From: Dendrobates tinctorius
Taxonomy: Eukaryota
DNA: 64,000 nt
Reading direction: 5' to 3'
Assembly: GCF_039654945.1 (NCBI RefSeq)
Contig: NW_027361982.1
Span: 6,014,001 to 6,078,000 of the forward strand
The notes beneath the pieces were generated by a model. It worked only from the letters and a program-made list of their open reading frames with translations. It had not been told where the DNA came from and did not search any database. The stretch's first letter is position 1. Each line of letters opens with the position of its first letter. The translations under genes were made by a program, and so were the position numbers. Shown here piece by piece: positions 36,815 through 64,000 of this stretch.

Positions 36815-39230
36815 CCCCACAGGGGCAACCGGGGCTCCCCTCCCCCCATAACAGCGACAACCGGGGCTCCCCTCCCCCCATAACAGCGACAACCAGGGCT
36901 CCCCTCCCCCCATAACAGTGACAACCGGGGCTCCCCTCCCCCCATAACAGCGACAACCGGGGCTCCCCTCCCCCCCATAACAGCGACAACCGGGGCTCCC
37001 CTCCCCCCCATAACAGCGACAACTGGGGCTCCCCTCCCCCCCATAACAGCGACAACTGGGGCTCCCCTCCCCCCCATAACAGCGACAACTGGGGCTCCCC
37101 TCCCCCCCATAACAGCGACAACTGGGGCTCCCCTCCCCCCCATAACAGCGACAACCAGGGCTCCCCTCCCCCCATAACAGCGACAACCGGGGGTCCCCTC
37201 CCCCCATAACAGGGGCAACCAGGGCTCCTCTCCCCCCCATAACAGCGACAACCGGGGCTCCCCTCCCCCCATAACAGCGACAACCAGGGCTCCCCTCCCC
37301 CCATAACAGCGACAACTGGGGCTCCCCTCCCCCCCATAACAGCGACAACTGGGGCTCCCCTCCCCCCATAACAGGGGCAACCAGGGCTCCCCTCCCCCCA
37401 TAACAGGGGCAACCAGGGCTCCCCTCCCCCCATAACAGGGGCAACCAGGGCTCCTCTCCCCCATATCAGAGGCAACCGGGGCTCCCCTCCTCCCCCAGTA
37501 GCGACAACCTGCCCCTCCCCATAACAGTGACAACAGGGGCTCCTCCCATAATGGCAACAGCCAGTGCTCCACTCTATAACACTCCCCTTACCCCATAACA
37601 GGGGCAACCAGGGCTCCCCTCCCCATTACAGCGACAGCTGGAGACCCTCCCCCGATAACAATGACAACAGGGGATCCCCTCCTCCCTTGGTAGCAACAAC
37701 CGGGGCTCCCCCATATCACTGACAACAGGGGATCCCCTCCTCCCATAGTAGGGACAACCTGCCCCTCCCCATAACAGTGACAACAGGGGCTCCCCCCCAT
37801 AACGGCAACAGCCAGTGCTCCACTCTATAACACTCCCCTTACCCCATAACAGGGGCAACCAGGGCTCCCCTCCCCATTACAGCGACAGCTGGAGACCCTC
37901 CCCCGATAACAATGACAACAGGGGATTCCCTCCTCCCTTGGTAGCAACAACCGGGGCTCCCCCATATCACTGACAACAGGGGATCCCCTCCTCCCATAGT
38001 AGGGACAACCTGCCCCTCCCCATAACAGTGACAACAGGGGCTCCCCCCATAACAGCGACAGCCAGTGCTCCTCTCTATAACACTCCCCTTACCCCATAAC
38101 AGGGGCAACCAGGGCTCCCCTCCCATTACAGCGACAGCTGGAGACCCTCCCCCGATAACAATGACAACAGGGGATCCCCTCCTCCCTTGGTAGCAACAAC
38201 CGGGGCTCCCCCATATCACTGACAACAGGGGATCCCCTCCTCCCATAGTAGCGACAACCTGCCCCTCCCCATAACAGTGACAACAGGGGCTCCCCCCCAT
38301 AACAGCGACAGCCAGTGCTCCTCTCTATAACAGTGACAACAAGGCCTCCCCTTTCCCCATAACAGGGGCAACCGGGGCTCCCCTTCCCATAACAGGAGCA
38401 ACCGGGGCTCCCCTCCCCATTACAGCGACAGCTGGAGATCCTCCCCCCATAACAATGACAACAAGGGCTCCCCTCCTCCCTTGGTAGCAACAACTGGGGC
38501 TCCCCCATATCACTGACAACCGGGGATCCCCTCCTCCCATAGTAGTGTCAACCTGCCCCTCCCCATAACAGCGACAACAGGGGCTCACCTCCCCCATATC
38601 AGTGACAACAGGGGCTCCCCTCCACCCATATTAGCGACAACAGGGGCTCCCCTCCACCCATATCAGCGACAACAGGGGCTCCCCTCCACCCATATCAGCG
38701 ACCACAGGAGCTCCCCTCCACCCATAGTAGGGACAACAGGGGCTCTCCCCCCATATCAGCGACAACAGGGGCTCCCCTCCACCTACAGTAGCGACAACAG
38801 GGGCTCTCCCCCCATATCATCGACAACAGGAGCTCCCCTCCCCCATAACAGTGACAAAAGGGGCTCCCCTCTACCCATATCAGCGACCACAGGGGCTCCC
38901 CTCCCCCCATAACAGTGACAACAAGGGCTCCCCTCCCCCCATAACAGTGACAACAAGGGCTCCCCTCCACCTATAGTAGCGACAACAGGGGCTCTCCCCC
39001 CATATCATCGACAACAGGGGCTCCCCTCCCCCATAACAGTGACAAAAGGGGCTCCCCTCTACCCATATCAGCGACAACCGGGGCTCCTCTCCCCCATAAC
39101 AGCAACAACTGGGGCTCCCCTCCACTCATAGTAACGACAACCTGCCCCCCATAACAGTGACAACCAGAGCTCCCCTCTATAACAGCGACAACTGGGGCTC
39201 CCCTCCCCCATAGTAGTGACAACCACAGCA
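36815..39230. repeat. About 30-bp minisatellite with a ~250-bp higher-order repeat, in predicted PFDN6 intron 1
   Basis: Unit approximately CATAACAGCGACAACCGGGGCTCCCCTCCCC. Variant ACAACCTGCCCCTCCCC recurs near 37504, 37754, 38005 and 38254. Confidence 0.93.
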
Positions 39231-39695
39231 GCTTCCCTCTCTGGGTGGAGACCCACAGTATCAGGATGTGATCCTAGCTGGGGATGACGGGGGCTGCAGA
39301 CATGATGGGTGGGGTCCTACCCTCTGAGTCTTGTGATGTGACCAGCCATGGCCGATCTCCTCACAGTCTGCAGCGTCCTCCTCACGTGATGTTTCCAGCC
39401 CCGTGTACATTAGGCCACGTTCTCAATAGCAGTAGTTTACATCAGTATTTGTAGCCAAAACCAGAAGAGGAACAGTCAGAAGAAAAGTATAATAGAAACA
39501 TGTCACCACTTCTGTACTTATCACCCACTCCTGGTTTTTGCTCACAAATACTGACGTATTTTGGTTGACTCCGCACTAACAATCTGTGCTGTCACGTCAC
39601 TCTCAGCCCCGATGGTCCCGTAGGATGCTCAGGATTGATCTGTGTTTATATCTGTCGCGTGTGATGACGGCTGATCCTGTTCTCTCTGCTCCCAG

Positions 39696-42600
39696 ATGGC
39701 TGCGCAGTTACAGGAGAAGCTGCAGGCCGAGGTCACCAAATACCAGCAGGTGCAGAAAGGTAAATGGGGCGACCACGGTCGTGTAAAGGGGCAGAGGGTG
39801 ACGCTCACTGTCATCATTTTACAAGGACAGGTATCTAATGAGTATAAGGGAACGTCATTATCTTCTGACTTCAGCTCCTATAAAAACATGTCTCCATGGT
39901 AACAGACTACATATATGTAGGTGGGGTCTGCTGTTGTGTTACTCCTCTTATCTTCTGAATTTAAGCAACGAACTGTCAGATGGAAAAAGGACGACCATCA
40001 GACAACAGAGGATTGGTTTTAGTCTGTAACCATGACGATACATAAGCCTGCATTGGAGCTGTGTACATCAAATGGTGGGATAATTTTTATTCAAGATTTT
40101 GCAATGTTTGCTACATATTTTATTTCTTTGTTTGGTCATAAAGGTGAGCAAATCATTTCATCCTAGAGATTGTACTCAGATCGGAACCATCCTCTCTCTG
40201 CAGATATCAGCAGCAACATGTCTGTCCGACAGAAGCTCGAGGTTCAGCTCACCGAGAACAACATAGTGAAAGATGTGAGTGACATGATGTGTCTCCTCCC
40301 ACACGGGGGTCTCTGAATCTTCAGGGGCCGACGGGGCAGAGATAAAAGTAGAAATAATGCTTAACCCCTTCCCACCCTCCACACATAAGTCACAGATCCG
40401 TGTGGAAGAAGGCCAGTAATTTATGTGCTGTCATCGATGCGCTCATCTGTACCCTGGTCACAAGTGCAGGATCTCATGTCTTCAGTGTCTGATTGCTGTG
40501 GTTCCCATCCCCTAGACATCAGTAATGACATCAGAGGGATTCCTTATGCAGAGACACCTGGTATACACGCAGCCTGTGACTTCTCTGTGTATTGCTGTGT
40601 ACAGATCACTGGTGGTGATGATGTAATGGGCTGTTACCAGTGAGTTGTAATTGGAAACAGCAGGAAAAACATGTAGTGTGAGAGAAGAGCTTCATACACA
40701 ACTATCTGCAGCAATCCAGTACTGCTGCTTTCCTGTGCTCCAGCACTCACCTCTATTGTAGAAGTAGCTAACTGCACAGCCAGGTGACCAGGAGCGAACA
40801 GTAAAGGAGTCACAACACTGATTGTGCGCCCCTCTATTCACAGTATCAGTGGGGTTAACAGAGTTCTGACACTCACCAGTCACAAATACGGGAACACACA
40901 TTTAATAAATATAGCAAAATGGAAAAAATAGCGATTTATCTAGGTATTGCAGCGTAGTCCCATAGTGGTGAATTTTCATAAAAGCCCCTCCTCCCGATAA
41001 TGATCTGATCGCTGGGGGATGTCCTGGTTCTGTCACGCCAAGTGCTCATCTGTGGAGAAATATATCAGCAAGTGTTAAGTTTTCTTACAGCACCTCCACT
41101 GGTGATCTGAGGTATTGCACACCTCACTGGAATCATTGGGCTGTCCATGTAGTGCAGACTTGATAGGTCCTCTCTGTAGTTACATGTAAAATGGTGTTCC
41201 TCGCTCCTGTTATCTGAGGTTTGTTTAGTAAAGTATATGATATTGGTTTTCCTATGTGATGGCCTTTGTTAAAGAAAGTCATGTGCCCAAATGTCTGCAA
41301 GTTTAGCACTTTATTGGAATTGAAAATTGCCATCAGTGCTTTCTCCTGGGCCGCCGCCTTTTACTCCTCTCGGGCAGCATGCAGGCCACCACCTTCTCCT
41401 CTTCCCAGGCAGTTCATGGGCTGCCTCCTCCTCTCAGGCAGCACGCAGGCTGCCACCTCCTCCTCTCGGGCAGCACACGGGCCACCACCTTCTCTTCCCA
41501 GGCAGCACATGGGTTGCATCCTCCTGAGCAGCACACGGGCCACCGCTGCCTCCTCCTTTCGGGCAGCACACGGGCCGCCGCCTCTTCTTCCCAGTCAGCA
41601 CACGGGCCGCCGCCTCCTCCTCTCAGGCAGCACACGGGCCACCGCCGCCTCCTCGTCCCAGGCAGCACACGGGCCACCTCCTCCTCTTCGTCCCAGGCAG
41701 CACACGGGCCACCTCCTCCTCTTCGTCCCAGGCAGCACACGGGCCACCTCCTCCTCCTCGTCCCAGGCAGCACACGGGCCACCTCCTCCTCCTCGTCCCA
41801 GGCAGCACACGGGCCACCTCCTCCTCCTCGTCCCAGGCAGCACACGGGCCACCTCCTCCTCCTCGTCCCAGGCAGCACACGGGCCACCTCCTCCTCCTCG
41901 TCCCAGGCAGCACACGGGCCACCTCCTCCTCCTCGTCCCAGGCAGCACACGGGCCACCTCCTCCTCCTCGTCCCAGGCAGCACACGGGCCACCTCCTCCT
42001 CCTCGTCCCAGGCAGCACACGGGCCACCTCCTCCTCCTCGTCCCAGGCAGCACACGGGCCACCTCCTCCTCCTCGTCCCAGGCAGCACACGGGCCACCTC
42101 CTCCTCCTCGTCCCAGGCAGCACACGGGCCACCTCCTCCTCCTCGTCCCAGGCAGCACACGGGCCGCAGTCTCCTCCTCCCAGGCAGCTCACGGGCCGCC
42201 ACCTCTTCCTTCTCCTTCCGGGCAGTAAACGGGCCGAATCTGCCGCCTCCTTCTCCTCCTGAGCAGCGCAAAGTCTGCCTTCTCCTCCCAGGCAGCACAA
42301 GGGCTGTTGCCTCCTCCTGCAGTTAAGGTTTATCTCTGCCTATAACTTGTTCTTTATCATGTGGCACATGGACATCTGGCGGATGCAGGGCACTTCCGTA
42401 TTTAGTTATTACCACTGCTGGTTTCCTGCTTTTTCTTCCTGTAATCAGGGATTTCCTCTGTGGATGGCGAGCAGCGCCACAATGACATTTCATGTGTGGC
42501 ATTTTAAAGTGATAGGAAATATATTAGTTATTTTTCATACTCGTTGTTATAGCGGGTACGAGGCGCAGGTTTTATATTTATCCAGAATCGTGCCCATGAG

Positions 42601-43739
42601 CCATCGGGTATCGCAGCTTCGCTCCATTCACTTGAGTAAATGCCAGACACAGGGCAGGGACGCAGCGTCCAACAGGCAATAACATGAAGCTTTTTTGTTT
42701 TCCTTCTTATCTGGTACAATAAATGTGTGATAGAAGTCACTGATCTGTTCTGTATGAGCTTCTGGTTCTCTTCTCATAATTGTCGGGTAAAAGTTGTGGA
42801 ATTTCTATATGTTGGATTCTGGCCACCAGAGGTGACTGTCAGCGGACTGTTCCCTTCATGCAATTGAGGACCCATGTACACCCAACCAGTATGAGTGTGC
42901 ATGTGTTTCAAGGTTGATCGTCAGATATCTATTCCATTCTTATTTTTTTTCTACATTTTACAAAATCCCAGTGTTTGTTTTTGTAATTGACCTTGTACAA
43001 GCCAGATAAAATTATTCCGCCCCATCTGAACTCCTGTTGTAACCAGAGTAATTAATGTTCCGATTAGTTTCAGTATTGTTTTACTATGGAGGGTGAGGAG
43101 GTTATAGAAGTCTTTTATTTTATACAATTACATTGTATTTTAGGAGCTGGCACTGCTGGATGACAGTAACACAGTGTATAAGCTCATCGGGCCAGTGCTG
43201 GTGAAGCAAGACCTGGAGGAGGCAAAGTCCACGGTTGACAAGAGACTGCAGTATATAAATGGAGAGATGTGAGTATATCTACACAGTGTGTATCACATAT
43301 GTACCATTCAGTTGGGAGTATAATGTAGAGAACATTACACCTCTTTCCTCGTCCACGGCTTCTCATGCCCTGGGTCGTCATGCTCTGCTCATTTCTTGCT
43401 TTAGTTTCTTTATCCTCGATGGGGACAGACATTGAATACGGTCAGAATGTGCAGATTCATCTGTGTTGAATTCTGACAGTCATTCATCAGATATCATCCT
43501 GTACAGTTCAGGACTTCTCTGGTTGGTGAAATCCCTTTTCTGTCTGCAGCACCTGCCTTCTCTTTCACTGTCCTGCAAGTGTATTAATCATCATGTTCCC
43601 TCTTCTTCCATTTCACAGAAAGAGATATGAAACTTTGCTGAAAGACCTGGAGCAGCGATCAGAACAACAACGGACGTCTCTGACGAAGCTGCAGCAGGAG
43701 TACCAGAGGGCACAGGGCAAGGGGGCAGTGAAGGCCTGA
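39696..43739 (+). CDS. PFDN6: Prefoldin subunit 6 (HKE2), 4 coding exons, 126 aa
   Basis: Exons 39696-39759, 40204-40274, 43144-43268, 43619-43739 (381 nt, all GT-AG, phases consistent). Translation [76 protein letters not shown]. The ATG directly follows an acceptor, implying an upstream non-coding exon. Confidence 0.96.
41370..42300. repeat. 35-bp minisatellite in the PFDN6 intron between coding exons 2 and 3
   Basis: Unit TCCCAGGCAGCACACGGGCCACCTCCTCCTCCTCG; perfect core at about 41690-42165. Confidence 0.95.
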
Positions 43740-44318
43740 GAGCTGCTCTTCCTTTATCATTATTTATAGACTGGAGGACGGGGCCTGTAATGTTTCCCTG
43801 GTCACATGGGCTCACACTTTATTTTACCACTTTTCACCGGGTGAAGGGAACGTTGCTGTATCTTGAAGATGACTTATTAAACTTTCACAGGCTGCCATAT
43901 TGTGTGCTGGCTACTGAATGTTTTGAAACTATAAACACTGTAACCATGCAGAGCTAGTAGAGCATGCTGAGACTTGTCGTTTCAATTTTTTTTTTTTTAA
44001 ATATAATCTCAGATAAAACATAACATAGAAATACAAACAGATATGGCCTCGTAGTAACAGTACATAGTGTTTCATGATAGTGTATGGAGGGTTGAGCAGC
44101 ACTTTCCATGCAGAGCGGTGTCAGCACCTGACTGTAGATTGCCCCAGTTCTTACAGCTTCATTTCTCATCAGCTAAAAGAAAGTCTTTGGTTTTGCAACA
44201 TCGGAATAAAACCACATGCAGATGTGGCCAGAGGGCCACGGCCCCCAAATAACAAACCAGTAGCCCCCATGGGGATGGAAAAAATGTCCTTATGTAGCTT
44301 TAGTCCTAAAAGTATATA

Positions 44319-63473
<19,155 letters not shown>

Positions 63474-64000
63474 CTGCAGGGATAACATTTAGGATTGGTA
63501 TACTTTGATTATATTTGCACGATACAGGCCTGATACATCAAAGCTTTTACACCAAAATTCTGATGTAAAAAAAGTTTTGAAAAAAGTCTCAAAATGTTGG
63601 CGCAACACGAGACCATGCGAACATGTTGCAATTTTTGGTGTTCTCTTCTCATGTCGTTTTCATCCTATCTCTAACAGACTTGGCAGACCGGGGCATGATG
63701 AGCGGCAGCGCTCTTTACTCTACAAATCGTACTGGAATAAGACTTGTGCGGCACGTGTCAGTGTTCAGACGCTCAGGATTCACACACGCCCCTTAATGAA
63801 TCGGGAGCGTCCATGATCAGGACAGGCGTGATTGTCACTGGTCTTGATAAATCGGGCATTGAGTGTTCACTGTATAGCACGACTATTGAGACCCCATAAA
63901 TATGGCTTATTTGTGAGGATTGGGGGGGGGGGGTTGCCATATTCTTAATTAACTCTTCGTTATTGCCGTTTGTGGCAACATATATACCTATAACGTGACT

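Noticed and set aside
36649-39256. Many overlapping ORFs up to 307 aa
   Set aside because: Artefacts of the 30-bp minisatellite.
41266-42326. ORFs of about 300 aa on both strands
   Set aside because: The 35-bp repeat lacks stop codons in all frames, and it lies in a PFDN6 intron.

Overview
Eukaryotic, intron-rich vertebrate DNA. The repeat content (Tc1, Kolobok/T2 and Harbinger MITEs, TTAA piggyBac-like elements, L2/CR1) suggests a frog; this is an inference. The window is part of the extended MHC class II region. It holds four recognisable genes: WDR46 (+, 16 coding exons, 690-19312), B3GALT4 (-, single coding exon 24315-25373), PFDN6 (+, 4 coding exons, 39696-43739) and the 3' part of RGL2 (-, 44319 to at least 63473, running off the window). 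The WDR46-B3GALT4 block is inverted relative to the human order, so PFDN6 appears to share a bidirectional promoter with B3GALT4 rather than WDR46. Introns are filled with TEs and minisatellites. Highlights: (1) a four-level TE nest in one RGL2 intron (Tc1 > piggyBac-like > gag-only LTR element with a tRNA-Ser PBS > Kolobok element carrying a 41-bp satellite), whose gag frame rejoins when the innermost insert is removed; (2) a fold-back Tc1 made of two inverted 5' halves; (3) a Penelope-type minimal hammerhead ribozyme motif on the sense strand of a WDR46 intron; (4) a 372-bp near-perfect inverted repeat flanked by a 15-bp direct repeat; (5) a 33-bp repeat forming a uORF array in the predicted B3GALT4 5' UTR; (6) a probable GC-AG intron and a 10-nt microexon. 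All calls were made by eye, with no database searches.
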